Shown here: positions 20,904 through 31,127 of the stretch, in pieces
Position numbering within the stretch: the stretch's first letter is position 1
How the letters are laid out: the number at the start of each line of letters is the position of its first letter
Assembly (NCBI GenBank): GCA_023134715.1
Contig: JAGLUP010000002.1
Location: forward strand, 143,906 to 207,905
DNA: 64,000 nt
Source: Candidatus Parcubacteria bacterium
Lineage (GTDB): Bacteria; Patescibacteriota; Minisyncoccia; Minisyncoccales; JAGLUP01
Reading direction: 5' to 3'
Program-made: the position numbers and the translations under genes
The notes under the pieces: model-generated
Database searches by the model: none
What the model was told of the DNA's origin: nothing
What the model saw: the letters and a program-made list of their open reading frames with translations, nothing else

Positions 20904-21335
20904 ATGTCTATGTCTAAATTATACAAAACCATGCTCATTTTGTCAATGATTGGCTTGATTTTGCCGTGTTTTGGCTTTGCGCAGCCAACAACGACTGAAA
21001 ATGAGCCATTAGAAGCTCCAGGCACCTTAGAGCAAGCAAAATCTCTTATAATTGAGCTTATTATGGCTATCCCGGAAGGAATGAATAGCGCATGGCAGGA
21101 AGCAAAAGAAATTTGGCAGAATACCTGGGTAAACTGGTGGGGGAGTTATATAAAGCCAAATATTATAAAAATCGAAAACTGGATTAAAAACCTTTGGCAA
21201 GATACAACTCCAATGATTGAACAAGAATTTGAAAAAGAAAAACAAGAAATAAAACAAGATTTGGGAGAACAAGGAGAAAAAGTTAAGCAAGGAATCTGGG
21301 AGCGTTTTAAACAACTAATAAAAGACGCCTTGTAG
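20904..21335 (+). CDS. secreted hypothetical protein, Trp/Glu-rich
   Basis: N-terminal signal peptide (MLILSMIGLILPCFGFA); no motif recognised. Confidence 0.45.
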   Translation: MSMSKLYKTMLILSMIGLILPCFGFAQPTTTENEPLEAPGTLEQAKSLIIELIMAIPEGMNSAWQEAKEIWQNTWVNWWGSYIKPNIIKIENWIKNLWQDTTPMIEQEFEKEKQEIKQDLGEQGEKVKQGIWERFKQLIKDAL

Positions 21336-21366
21336 TTTAGTTTATGGTTTACGGTTTACGGTTATC
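21332..21366. repeat. degenerate heptamer tandem repeat (GGTTTAC-like x5) starting at a stop codon
   Basis: gtagttt agtttat ggtttac ggtttac ggttatc beginning at the TAG of 20904..21335. Confidence 0.75.
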
Positions 21367-21465
21367 TAAGGGGGAGTGGTATTTTTCCACTTGACAGAAC
21401 CTTTTGCCTGTTTTATTCTAAGTATAGAGAAGTGAGTATAATATCCCTTACACTCATAAAGCGAT

Positions 21466-22839
21466 ATGAAAAAATCTCATAAATCAATAATAGACCATAT
21501 TCCCCTTTTTTTAAAACATTTGAAAAAGGAAGATTATTCTGGTCATACTGAAAAAAACTATAAACGTTATCTAAATAGATTTATATTGTGGCTTAAAAAA
21601 ATAAAGAAAGAAACTCTTAAGCCACACGAATTAACTGCTGACGATATTAAAAATTATAAATTTTATCTTTCTGTATCTAAATCTAAAAATGAAAAAACTC
21701 GCCTTTTAAAGCTTATTACTCAAAACTACTATTTAATCGCCCTGAGAGCCATTTTGAGCTATTTTACAGCCAAAGACATAGTTTCGCTCCCAGCAGATAA
21801 AATAAAACTGCCGAAAAACGCTCAGGATGGGAAAACCATAAAATTTCTCAATTTAAACCAAGTTGAGCAACTTTTAATGATTCCTGACACTAAAATAAAA
21901 ATCGGATTAAGAGACCGAGTTATTTTAGAACTTTTGATTTTTAATGGATTTAAACTGTCTAAACTCGTAAATTTAAACAGAAATGCAATTAAATCGCTTT
22001 CAAAAAGAAACATTGATTATGTTAAACAATATTTAAAATCTCGCAAAGATAAAAAAAATGCTCTACTTGTTCGTTATAGTGGTCGCAAAGATGCAGAAAG
22101 CCGTCTCACACCTCGCTCCATAGAAAGAATTATTAATAAATACGGAGAGAAAATCGGGCTTAACTTTCGGCTTACGCCTGAAATTTTACGTAAAAGTTAT
22201 GCTCTTGGCCTATTAGAAGAACAAAAAAAAATAAAAATTTATAAGCCTCAAGCTCACGAAATTTCTTTTATTAAAAACTACGACATATCAATTCCTTTTC
22301 AAAAGAAAATAAAAAATGGCATATCCCCTGCTTGGAATGTTGTTGAGTCTATTATTGAGGAAGAAATAAACTGGCTAAAAAACAATATTTCTGTTTTACC
22401 TGAAAGATATAAAAAAAACTTTTTATTATTGAGCGATGCCCTAATTTTGCGAAAAATAGCAATTTTAATTGTAAACGGCAGGATAAGGGCTACTGAATTT
22501 AATTCTGAAAAAAATAATCTATGGAATAACTGTAGAAAAAAATCAAAACTTAATAAAATAAATCGGCATGGAAAAGAATGGCACAAAAAAATGATGAATG
22601 TGGTTTATGAATACTTTAAGCTTAAAAATTATAAAGTAGCCATAGAACCAACTCTAAATTACGGACGAGCAGATTTAGGAATTTACTCAAATTCAAAAAG
22701 AACTTCTCTAAAAGAAGTTCTTTATATTGAAATAGGCACAGTATCCTTATATAAACTCTGGTATAATCTTTCATCAATGAAAAATGTCACTTTTCTAATT
22801 ATTCCCTCTAAAAAATACGCAATAGAATTTAAAATTTAA
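21466..22839 (+). CDS. degenerate tyrosine-recombinase-like protein fused to a C-terminal PD-(D/E)xK-like domain
   Basis: SAM-like N domain and box I (LRDRVILELL..G.KLSKLVNL) are present, but HxLRH is replaced by EILRKS and the GH...Y segment is missing; C-terminus GRADLG...YIEIGT resembles a restriction-endonuclease-fold core. Confidence 0.5.
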   Translation: MKKSHKSIIDHIPLFLKHLKKEDYSGHTEKNYKRYLNRFILWLKKIKKETLKPHELTADDIKNYKFYLSVSKSKNEKTRLLKLITQNYYLIALRAILSYFTAKDIVSLPADKIKLPKNAQDGKTIKFLNLNQVEQLLMIPDTKIKIGLRDRVILELLIFNGFKLSKLVNLNRNAIKSLSKRNIDYVKQYLKSRKDKKNALLVRYSGRKDAESRLTPRSIERIINKYGEKIGLNFRLTPEILRKSYALGLLEEQKKIKIYKPQAHEISFIKNYDISIPFQKKIKNGISPAWNVVESIIEEEINWLKNNISVLPERYKKNFLLLSDALILRKIAILIVNGRIRATEFNSEKNNLWNNCRKKSKLNKINRHGKEWHKKMMNVVYEYFKLKNYKVAIEPTLNYGRADLGIYSNSKRTSLKEVLYIEIGTVSLYKLWYNLSSMKNVTFLIIPSKKYAIEFKI

Positions 22840-22843
22840 TTAT

Positions 22844-23788
22844 ATGAAAAAAATACAACTTCCTGATTTAGATGATTTTCTTTTAGATCTTCAAGTTAAT
22901 AATCTTTCCGAGAAAACAGTTTATAGTTATGAACGAGATTTAGAAGTTTTTCAAAATTTTCTAAAAGAAATAAATATTGAATTTGATAATATTGATAAAA
23001 AAACAATTCTTAATTATAAGGCTTATTTAGTTTCTCGAGACAGAAAAACAGCTAAATCTCAAAAAAGTAAAAAACGACTTAGTAGTTATTCTATAAATAA
23101 AATGTTATCTGCTATTCGTTCCTATTTAAAATTTTTAATAGATATGGATTATAAGTCTCCCATATCTCCCAGCGAGATTAAATTAGTAAAAACCGAAAAA
23201 AAGCACCCTCGCGTTTCAGAGCTTGAAGAAATAATAAAATTAATTCAATTTCCCACGCAATTTGAAAAAAATAAGATTATTGCTTTGCGCAATCGAGCAG
23301 TGCTTGAAACTTTATTTTCTACTGGAATGAGAATTTCTGAAGTTATAAACTTAAAAAAAGAACAAATTGATAAAACAGGAAGAATCTTTATTATGGGCAA
23401 AGGCAAAAAAGAAAGATTCGTTTATTTGACGCCGAGAGCACAAAAACATATTAAAAAATACTTAGAAGTTAGAGGTATAACAAGTTCTTCTTACCTATTT
23501 ATTCCTTATAGAGGAAAAAATGTAAACTTAAAGGATAAAAAACTTTCTCCTAATTATCTAGAAGAAAAAGTTAAAAAATATCGTGAATTACTTGGATTAA
23601 ATGTCCCTGTTTCTGTCCATGGTATTCGCCATGCATTTGCAACATATTTAGCAGAAAGCGGAGCTAGCCCAGCTGCTATTCAAATATTATTAGGCCATGA
23701 ATCTTTAGATACAACTACAAAATATGTTCATGCTTCCGACCGTTATGCGCAAAAAATTCATCAAAAATTCCACCCTCTCAAGGAATAA
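22844..23788 (+). CDS. tyrosine recombinase XerC/XerD family, catalytically complete
   Basis: RNRAVLETLFSTGMRISEV, HGIRHAFATYL, LLGHESLDTTTKYVH (R, HxxR, H, Y). Confidence 0.85.
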   Translation: MKKIQLPDLDDFLLDLQVNNLSEKTVYSYERDLEVFQNFLKEINIEFDNIDKKTILNYKAYLVSRDRKTAKSQKSKKRLSSYSINKMLSAIRSYLKFLIDMDYKSPISPSEIKLVKTEKKHPRVSELEEIIKLIQFPTQFEKNKIIALRNRAVLETLFSTGMRISEVINLKKEQIDKTGRIFIMGKGKKERFVYLTPRAQKHIKKYLEVRGITSSSYLFIPYRGKNVNLKDKKLSPNYLEEKVKKYRELLGLNVPVSVHGIRHAFATYLAESGASPAAIQILLGHESLDTTTKYVHASDRYAQKIHQKFHPLKE

Positions 23789-23796
23789 TTTATTAT

Positions 23797-24498
23797 CTAT
23801 GCGCCGAAACGCCTGCCTCTTTTAGAATATTCTTTAATCGCTTCTTTAAAATCTTCAACCGTAAAATCAGGCCAGGGTTTATCAGAAAAATATAACTGCG
23901 CGTCGGCTATATCCCACATCATAAATCCTGAAGACATATGCGGCTCGCCGCCTGTTCTAATTAAATAATCCACTGGGGGCAAATTTTTAGTTAAAAGATG
24001 ATTTTTAATAAATTCAGAAGTTATCATTTTTTTGTCTGAATTTTGTTCTGTAATTTTTTTCACTGCTTCCAACATTTCATCTGTCCCGCTATAAGCGACC
24101 ATAAAATTAAACTGGAATTTATTATAATTTTTAGTCCTTTCTATTATCTGCTCCATTGGCTTTTTGACATCTTCAGGAAATTGATTTCGCCAGTCCCCTA
24201 TAATATTAATTTTTACCTTGTTTTTGTGAATATCTTTATCTTCAATCAGTTCAATAAATCCTTTTTTAAACAAACTTAATAAAAATTTTATTTCTAAGGA
24301 AGAACGTTTTTTAAAATTATCCTTAGATGACGCCCAAAAAGAAAAACAAGGAATTTTTAATTCAAAAACTGCCCTTAATATCTCTTCAAGGTTTTTCTTT
24401 CCCTGTCCATGACCAAGCCAGGGCTTCAGGCCCTGAGTACTCGCCCATCTTCTATTGCCGTCAGGAACAACAGCTATGTGATTAGGAATTTTTATCAT
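23797..24498 (-). CDS. uppS: isoprenyl transferase (undecaprenyl-diphosphate synthase family)
   Basis: HIAVVPDGNRRWA and RTGGEPHMSSGFMMW motifs; start placed at ATG 24498 (ATGA overlap with the upstream gene) rather than 24549. Confidence 0.85.
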   Translation of the reverse strand: MIKIPNHIAVVPDGNRRWASTQGLKPWLGHGQGKKNLEEILRAVFELKIPCFSFWASSKDNFKKRSSLEIKFLLSLFKKGFIELIEDKDIHKNKVKINIIGDWRNQFPEDVKKPMEQIIERTKNYNKFQFNFMVAYSGTDEMLEAVKKITEQNSDKKMITSEFIKNHLLTKNLPPVDYLIRTGGEPHMSSGFMMWDIADAQLYFSDKPWPDFTVEDFKEAIKEYSKRGRRFGA

Positions 24499-25445
24499 AA
24501 TTTGAAAAGATAATCTCCTTGTATTTTTACTTTTTTGGGCAAAACCCAAGGAAAATTAAATCCAAAAAAATATACTGCTTTATTAATTATATTATATAAA
24601 ATAAATCTTGGTAAAAAAAATCTTTTCATTACCTCCTGATGCTTTAAAAAATGAGGAAAATGTTTTAAAAGCATTTCACAGCTTTTTAATCCCCAAATTA
24701 CCCCTCCCCCACTCCAGGGCTTGGTAAGCCCGGCCGCTTCGCCGCAAAGCGTAATATCAGGATTAGAAAATTTTTGAAAACCGCAAGCAATCATTTCTGA
24801 TTTTATATCTCTTAGTCCTATCCCCTGTTTTTCTAAGAATTCTTTTAAAAGCTTTTTTGCTCTTAAGGGTTTTTCTATTATACCATATTCTACCTGTTTT
24901 CCTTGTGGAATTCTCCAGATAAACCCCCCGCCACTCTTTTGCGGCCATGTTTCAACAAAATTAGAATTATCTTTATTATGAACAAATCCCAAAATACCTA
25001 AAGAAAAATTCGGCTCATTAATATTTAAAGTTTTTCTTACAAAAGATTGTCCGCCGTCGCATCCGATAGTTCTATCAAATCCAGAAGGTAAAGATTTAAT
25101 CTGATTATCTAAAATAATCTCTGCGCCTGCTTTTTCCGCTAAACCTGCCACTAATTTATCTAATTCAGAATGATTTATTACTAAAAACTTTTCAGAAAAT
25201 GAAACTTTAATAGTTTTTTTGGGAAAATGGATTAAAGTATAATCAATTTGATTTTCAATTAAATGGCGGCTCTGAGGAATATAATCTAAAATCTTTTCAG
25301 AAAAAAGACCTGAGCAGGCCTGTTTTCCTATTTCTTTCTTTTTCTCAAATACAGTAATTTTATGACCTTTTTCTGAAAGCTTCCAAGCCAGATAAAGCCC
25401 GCAAATTCCCGCTCCGATAATGGCTGTATTTAAACTCTTGGACAT
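24495..25445 (-). CDS. FAD-dependent oxidoreductase, geranylgeranyl-reductase-like
   Basis: N-terminal dinucleotide fold AIIGAGICGLYLAWKLSEKGHKITVFEKK; CDGGQS; operonic with uppS. Confidence 0.6.
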   Translation of the reverse strand: MSKSLNTAIIGAGICGLYLAWKLSEKGHKITVFEKKKEIGKQACSGLFSEKILDYIPQSRHLIENQIDYTLIHFPKKTIKVSFSEKFLVINHSELDKLVAGLAEKAGAEIILDNQIKSLPSGFDRTIGCDGGQSFVRKTLNINEPNFSLGILGFVHNKDNSNFVETWPQKSGGGFIWRIPQGKQVEYGIIEKPLRAKKLLKEFLEKQGIGLRDIKSEMIACGFQKFSNPDITLCGEAAGLTKPWSGGGVIWGLKSCEMLLKHFPHFLKHQEVMKRFFLPRFILYNIINKAVYFFGFNFPWVLPKKVKIQGDYLFKL

Positions 25446-25600
25446 ATAATTTGACGTTCAATTTTTAAGGGTGTTTTTCCCTGGTCTTCAGCTGTTATGT
25501 ATCCGACAGCAAAACTAAGCAGAGAAATTAAAATAACTCCGACAACTAAAATAATATCTTCTTGATTTTTTTTGACAAATTGTTTAAAGTTTGATAACAT
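25430..25600 (-). CDS. possible small membrane protein (56 aa, below the ORF-track cutoff)
   Basis: MLSNFKQFVKKNQEDIILVVGVILISLLSFAVGYITAEDQ...; one TM helix; its 3' end overlaps the start of 24495..25445. Confidence 0.3.
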   Translation of the reverse strand: MLSNFKQFVKKNQEDIILVVGVILISLLSFAVGYITAEDQGKTPLKIERQIICPRV

Positions 25601-25751
25601 AAAATTAAATTAAAAAATAAAAGTGAAAAACGAAAAGCTACAATCTAAAATCTAAAACTTTTAATATTTAAAATAATAATTTTGAATTTTGCTTTATCAT
25701 TTTGCATTTTTCATTTTGAATTTTGCATTTGACCAAGCAAAGCGAGGGAAC
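25601..25751. repeat. AT-rich palindromic intergenic element, copy A (divergent region, small ORF / rpmA)
   Basis: contains acaatctaaaatctaaaa (25640-25657) plus inverted gaaaaacgaaaag / cattttgcatttttcattttg arms; related to 28080-28217 and 52391-52498. Confidence 0.6.
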
Positions 25752-26036
25752 ATGTCTAAGACAAAAGCTACAGGCGCGACAAAGCTGGGAAGAGATTCTC
25801 AGCCAAAATATTTAGGAGTAAAGCTTTATGAAGGCCAAAAAGCTAAGCCCGGCAGTATTATAATTCGTCAAAGAGGAACTAAATTTCTTGCCGGGAAAAA
25901 TGTCAGACAAGGAAAAGATGACACTCTTTACGCTGTGAAAGAAGGGGTTATTAAGTTTGGAACAAAAAGAAAGACAAAATTTGACGGCTCCCAAAGAATC
26001 GCTAAAGTTGTCAATGTTGAGCTGAACAAACTTTAA
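25752..26036 (+). CDS. rpmA: 50S ribosomal protein L27
   Basis: [42 protein letters not shown]; start moved to the internal ATG matching the L27 N-terminus. Confidence 0.9.
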   Translation: MSKTKATGATKLGRDSQPKYLGVKLYEGQKAKPGSIIIRQRGTKFLAGKNVRQGKDDTLYAVKEGVIKFGTKRKTKFDGSQRIAKVVNVELNKL

Positions 26037-27633
26037 TAAATTCTCTGAATAATGGATGCGGCTTTAACGGCCTGGATTTGAATTCCGGATGAAATTGGCT
26101 TGCGACAAAAAATGGATGATTTTTCAATTCAATAATCTCTACTAAATCCCGTTTAGAATTAATGCCTGCCATTATCATTCCTTTTGCCTCTAATTGGTCT
26201 CTAAATTCATTATTCAGCTCATAACGATGCCTGTGACGCTCGGAAATATCAGAACGCTTATATCCCCTAAAACTAATAGTTTGGGGTTTTATTTTGCATT
26301 TATAAGCGCCAAGACGCATTGTTCCCCCATATTTTTTCTCTTTTAAAAGCGCTTTTTGCTCAGGCATTACATCAATAACCGGGTATTTACATTTTGAAGA
26401 AAATTCAGTAGAGCTCGCCTGGGCTATTCCGCAAACATTTCTGGCAAATTCAATTACCGCTAACTGCATTCCCAAACATAGTCCCAAAAAAGGAATTTTG
26501 TTTTTTCGGCAAAATTCAATTGCTTTAATTTTTCCTTCCACTCCCCTATTTCCAAATCCTCCGGGAATGATTATGCCGTCATAATTTTTAATCTCTTTTA
26601 CAGCTTGAGAATCTTTCTCATATTCACCTGCTGACAGCCAGGAAATTTCCGGCTTTTTTTTATGCTCCCAGCAAGCATGTTTTATTGCTTCAATTATAGA
26701 AATATAAGAATCCATTAAAGTAAATTTTCCTGTTTCAAAATATTTTCCCACTATTCCAATTTTTACTGTTTCAGAGCTATTTTTTATTACATTTACTAAT
26801 TTTTTCCAATCTTTCAAATCTTTTTTTGGCGCAGGCATTCCAAATTTGTTTAAAATTCTTTTTCCTAAATTATCTTTTTGAAAATTAATCGGCACTTCGT
26901 AAATTGACTTAATATCAGGAGCGGAAATAACATCTTGCTCGCTAATGTTGCAAAAAGTTGAAATCTTTTTTTTGCGCGGTTCGTCTAATGGAACTTCTGA
27001 ACGAGCAATAATTATATCCGGCTGAATTCCAGCCATATTTAAAGTTCTTACAGCGTATTGAGTGGGCTTTGTTTTCATCTCGCCAATCATATTTGGAATT
27101 GGCAGATAGCTTACTAAAATAAAAAGAACATCTTTTGGATGTCTAAGTTTAAGCATTCTGGCGGCTTCTAAAAATAAAGAATTTTGATATTCTCCCACCG
27201 TGCCGCCAATTTCAATTAAAACAAAATCAGCTTTTACTCTTTGGACCGCTTTTTTTATTCTTGAAATTACTTCATTTGGGATATCGGGAACAACCTCAAC
27301 GCATCTGCCGCCGTATTCTAAATTCCTTTCCCGATTAATAACCGCTTGATAAACTCTTCCAGTAGTAATGTAATTATGAGTAGTCAAATCTTGGTCTAAA
27401 AATCTTTCATAGTTTCCAATATCTTGGTCGCATTCTGTCCCATCATCGGTTACAAAAACCTCTCCATGCTCAATTGGGTTCATTGTTCCTGCGTCAACAT
27501 TAATATAGGGATCAATTTTGATTGCCGTAATTTTGAACCCTTTGCTTTGAAGAATTTTACCGATAGAAGCCGCTGTTATCCCCTTTCCAATGCCGGACAT
27601 TACGCCGCCGCCAATAAAAATATATTTTGCCAT
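26011..27633 (-). CDS. pyrG: CTP synthase
   Basis: [23 protein letters not shown], glutamine amidotransferase GLCLGMQ and HPEF motifs; 540 aa. Confidence 0.95.
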   Translation of the reverse strand: MAKYIFIGGGVMSGIGKGITAASIGKILQSKGFKITAIKIDPYINVDAGTMNPIEHGEVFVTDDGTECDQDIGNYERFLDQDLTTHNYITTGRVYQAVINRERNLEYGGRCVEVVPDIPNEVISRIKKAVQRVKADFVLIEIGGTVGEYQNSLFLEAARMLKLRHPKDVLFILVSYLPIPNMIGEMKTKPTQYAVRTLNMAGIQPDIIIARSEVPLDEPRKKKISTFCNISEQDVISAPDIKSIYEVPINFQKDNLGKRILNKFGMPAPKKDLKDWKKLVNVIKNSSETVKIGIVGKYFETGKFTLMDSYISIIEAIKHACWEHKKKPEISWLSAGEYEKDSQAVKEIKNYDGIIIPGGFGNRGVEGKIKAIEFCRKNKIPFLGLCLGMQLAVIEFARNVCGIAQASSTEFSSKCKYPVIDVMPEQKALLKEKKYGGTMRLGAYKCKIKPQTISFRGYKRSDISERHRHRYELNNEFRDQLEAKGMIMAGINSKRDLVEIIELKNHPFFVASQFHPEFKSRPLKPHPLFREFIKVCSAQH

Positions 27634-28079
27634 TATTTCTCTTCAGTAATTATTACTTTTATTTCTACTTCTAAATTATGCTCAAATTTAAGTTTTATCG
27701 GAAACTCGCCGATTTCCTTAATCGGCTCTTTCAAATCAATTTGAGTTTTTTTAATCTCAAATCCAAGTTCTTTCAATTTTTCAGAAATTTTCTGTTGGTT
27801 TATTGACTCAAAAAGCTGTCCCTCTTCTCCAGCTTTAACTGAAATAGCAACTTCTAATCCGTCAAGCTTTGAAGCTGTTTCCTGAACATTTTTTAATTCC
27901 TGCTCTGTTTTCTTTGCTTTAATTTTTTTCCGCGATTCCAGCCATTTCAAAGCTGACGGGTCAGCGAGTTTAGCCAAATTTTTAGGAAACAAAAAATTCC
28001 TGGCATAACCATCCTTTGCATTTTTAACATCATATTTCTTGCCCATATTTTCTATGTCTTGTAAGAGTATAACCTTCAT
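27633..28079 (-). CDS. rplI: 50S ribosomal protein L9
   Basis: MKVILLQDIENMGKKYDVKNAKDGYARNFLFPKNLA. Confidence 0.9.
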   Translation of the reverse strand: MKVILLQDIENMGKKYDVKNAKDGYARNFLFPKNLAKLADPSALKWLESRKKIKAKKTEQELKNVQETASKLDGLEVAISVKAGEEGQLFESINQQKISEKLKELGFEIKKTQIDLKEPIKEIGEFPIKLKFEHNLEVEIKVIITEEK

Positions 28080-28217
28080 AATCGCTTCGCTAAATTAAAA
28101 ATAGAAAATGAAAAATGAAAAATCACAATCTAAAATCTAAAACTAAAATTTTATTTTTTATTTTTTTTATCTTTTTTAATTTTTCTTTGTGGTTTTTCAT
28201 TTTTAGTTTTTACTTTT
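28080..28217. repeat. AT-rich palindromic intergenic element, copy B (between ctpA and rplI)
   Basis: gaaaatgaaaaatgaaaaatcacaatctaaaatctaaaac...tcttttttaattttt...ggtttttcatttttagtttttactttttcattt; shared blocks with 52391-52498. Confidence 0.7.
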
Positions 28218-29438
28218 TCATTTATTATATCTCATTTCTTTAATAATTTCAACTGCTTTGTCTAATTGAGGGTCTCTGTCTTTCTCATAATCCTCTTCGG
28301 TCATTTCTACTTCAATATCCGGCGCCAGTCCGACATCAGTAATAAGCTGGCCGTTGGGAGTCAGCCATTTCGCTATAGTAATTTTCAAACTTGTCGCGCC
28401 CGGCAGTTTTTCTAATTCCTGGACTGAACCCTTGCCAAAAGATTTTGCGCCGATTAATTTTACTCCTAAGTTATCCTGTAAGGCACCGGCTAAAATCTCT
28501 GAAGCAGAGGCAGAGCCCTGATTTATTAAAATTACCATTGGGTATTCTGAAAATTTAGCATTTCCTCTCGCCTTATATTCCATATTCGGCTGTTTTCCGC
28601 CAAAATCTTCAATCACAACAACATCTCCCCTTTCTAAAAACCAACCGGCAATATCTACAGAAACCTCTAAATAACCTCCCGGATTATTTCTTAGGTCTAA
28701 AATAATTTTTTCAGATGAAGAATTTAAAATTTCAAGAGCCATTTTATCAAAATCAGAATCAGCTTTTTGTGAAAAATGATAAATTTTTACATAAGCGATA
28801 TTATCATCCAAAATCTCCAATTTCAAGGAAGGCACCTTGATAACATTTCTTATAACCTTAATTTCTTCTGGCTGAGCCCATCCTTTGCGAAAAATCGTAA
28901 GAACAACCTCTGTTCCTTTTGGCCCGCGAATCAGTTTAACCACTTGCTCAATGCCAATATCAGCGGTTGAAATTCCATCTACTTCTAAAATTTTATCGCC
29001 GGGGCGAAGTCCGGCTCTTTGAGCAGGTGTATTTTCAAGAGGCGCGATTATTGTAAGTTGATTATTTCTTATGCCAATTTCCATACCTACGCCCTCAAAA
29101 CTTCCGGAAATATCTTCTAAAAATATCTTGGAGTCCTCTGGGGGCAGGAAAACGGTGTAAGGGTCATCCAGCGATTCAACCATCCCGGAAATTGCTCCGT
29201 AAACCATTTTTTGATAATCCAATTCTTCATTATCTACATATTTCTCCTGTAATTTTATCCAAGCATCCCAAAAAAGAGAAAAGTCAACTGTATCCGGCCT
29301 GCCTAAATCTCGATTTATTACTCCTTGAATAACCAGCTTCTCTCCTTCAATTTTTCCTAAATAAAAACCAAAGCAAAGACTTATCAATGTAAAAACAATG
29401 ATAACACCTCCTATAAATAAATATCTTTTTTTAATCAT
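28218..29438 (-). CDS. ctpA: carboxy-terminal processing protease (S41)
   Basis: PDZ (GLRPGDKILEVDG), catalytic GSASASEI and K in KSFGKGSVQ; N-terminal TM. Confidence 0.85.
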   Translation of the reverse strand: MIKKRYLFIGGVIIVFTLISLCFGFYLGKIEGEKLVIQGVINRDLGRPDTVDFSLFWDAWIKLQEKYVDNEELDYQKMVYGAISGMVESLDDPYTVFLPPEDSKIFLEDISGSFEGVGMEIGIRNNQLTIIAPLENTPAQRAGLRPGDKILEVDGISTADIGIEQVVKLIRGPKGTEVVLTIFRKGWAQPEEIKVIRNVIKVPSLKLEILDDNIAYVKIYHFSQKADSDFDKMALEILNSSSEKIILDLRNNPGGYLEVSVDIAGWFLERGDVVVIEDFGGKQPNMEYKARGNAKFSEYPMVILINQGSASASEILAGALQDNLGVKLIGAKSFGKGSVQELEKLPGATSLKITIAKWLTPNGQLITDVGLAPDIEVEMTEEDYEKDRDPQLDKAVEIIKEMRYNK

Positions 29439-29479
29439 ATTTCTATTTTACTATAGCATAGCAAAATTTAAAAACAAAT

Positions 29480-30535
29480 CTACACATCCAAAATTTTTCT
29501 GAATTTTTCTATCAATTTCTCCTCTTTTCCTATTATTTTTTTAATTAAACTATTTATTTGAAAATGGAAAAAAATAATTATTCCGAAAAAAGCAGCAGTC
29601 AAACTAACTATTCTTATTATCAAACTAAAGGCAACACCAATAGTTCCGCTTATCCCTAAAAAAGGGAAAATAAACGCTTGGCTTAATTCAAAACTTCCTA
29701 ATGCTGCTGGAATAGGGACAAGAAAAATTAAAGTTATTGCGGTATTTAGGGAAAGTATTTGCTTTATGCCTACGCTGTATCCTAAAAAATAGATGACCAG
29801 CCAATAAGTCAACAAAACAAAAAAAACATCAAAAGCAGCAAGAGAAAAAACTATTATTAATTTTTTCTTTTTTTCTTTAAAAAAATAAGAGATATTTTTT
29901 TCTGCGCTATTCACGCCTTGTCCGATTTTTCTAATAGCCCTTATTTTATTTAAACCTAAAATATCAATAAAAAAATTAAAAAAGCCCTTTTCTCCAGATG
30001 CTCCGTTAAGCGCCTTAGAATAAAAAATATAAAAAAGCCAAAAAGAAAAAATTACAATAATAGCGATTAAAAAAATAAAAATAGTAGATGGGGTAAAATA
30101 ACTAAAAAGAAAAAAAAGTCCTATAATAAAAAATATAAAAACAACGCTCAAATAAATCACCGCGTCTATTACAGTAGAAGCTGCTGCTTTGTCTAAAGGA
30201 ACATCTGTTTCTTCTTTTAATAAATAAGCTCTAACCGGCTCACCTCCAACAAATATAACCGGAGTTAAATAATTTATGCTGGAACCAATCAGCTTGGTTT
30301 TCATTACTTTTAAAAAAGAAATCTTAGAAGGATGTTGACTCTCTATGATAATTTTCCAACGCAAAGTTGATATTGAAATACCCAATAAACTTATAATTAA
30401 AATAAAAAGAAATTTTTCAAGAGAAAAAGCTGAAACAACTGAAGAAATATTATCCAAGCCAATTCTCTTCAGCACCGCCGCAAACAAAACCAAACCGAAG
30501 CAAAGTGAAAATAAAAAAAACAAATTCTTCTTCAT
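29480..30535 (-). CDS. polytopic membrane protein, UPF0104/LPG-synthase-TM (flippase-like) family
   Basis: 351 aa, 8 or more TM helices; LRWKIII...SSINYLTP..GGEPVRAYLL pattern. Confidence 0.5.
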   Translation of the reverse strand: MKKNLFFLFSLCFGLVLFAAVLKRIGLDNISSVVSAFSLEKFLFILIISLLGISISTLRWKIIIESQHPSKISFLKVMKTKLIGSSINYLTPVIFVGGEPVRAYLLKEETDVPLDKAAASTVIDAVIYLSVVFIFFIIGLFFLFSYFTPSTIFIFLIAIIVIFSFWLFYIFYSKALNGASGEKGFFNFFIDILGLNKIRAIRKIGQGVNSAEKNISYFFKEKKKKLIIVFSLAAFDVFFVLLTYWLVIYFLGYSVGIKQILSLNTAITLIFLVPIPAALGSFELSQAFIFPFLGISGTIGVAFSLIIRIVSLTAAFFGIIIFFHFQINSLIKKIIGKEEKLIEKFRKILDV

Positions 30536-30562
30536 AAATAATTCTTAGAATTTAAAGTGATA

Positions 30563-31120
30563 TTATAATTCATTCTTGATTTTTTCAAGAAGAAAGTCAA
30601 GTTTAGTATATCCAAACTCTTGATTAATATGTCCTGCGTTTTTGAGAATAATCAACTCTGTATCTAAATTTTCAGCGAGCGCTTTGCCCTTTTCAATTGG
30701 AACATATGGATCATTATCTGAACTAATCACATAAAATTTCTTGCAATTGTTTTTTATTCTATTCCAATTAAATGATTTGGTGGTAAATGTTTTATTAAGT
30801 TCATCAAATTCAGAACCACCTAATAATCCAGTAAAGCCCGCAATAAAAAACGCTGCCTTAATTGGCTGATTCAATTTTTCAAGAACGCTTAATAAAAAAG
30901 CAGGCCCCAAACTATGACCAACAACAATTGAATTCTCGTCTAAATATTGTTCATAATCTTTAAAAACTGCCAGCCAATTTTCTAAAGATTGATTTTCTGG
31001 AGTTGGAAATTTCGGGACAAAAACTTTGCATTCTAATTTTTCAAGTTCGGTCTTTAACCACGGAAACCAATTCATTTCAGGATTTCCCTCGGTTCCGTGA
31101 ATAATAACAACATTGGTCAT
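30563..31120 (-). CDS. alpha/beta serine hydrolase, YdeN/RBBP9-like
   Basis: VIIHGTEGNPEMNWFPWL, nucleophile elbow GHSLG, C-terminal GHIN. Confidence 0.6.
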   Translation of the reverse strand: MTNVVIIHGTEGNPEMNWFPWLKTELEKLECKVFVPKFPTPENQSLENWLAVFKDYEQYLDENSIVVGHSLGPAFLLSVLEKLNQPIKAAFFIAGFTGLLGGSEFDELNKTFTTKSFNWNRIKNNCKKFYVISSDNDPYVPIEKGKALAENLDTELIILKNAGHINQEFGYTKLDFLLEKIKNEL

Positions 31121-31127
31121 AAATTAA

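Noticed and set aside
26011-26036. 26-nt convergent overlap of the rpmA and pyrG 3' ends as a possible antisense regulatory feature
   Set aside because: Short convergent overlaps are common in compact genomes. No structure or motif was seen that suggests more than tight packing.
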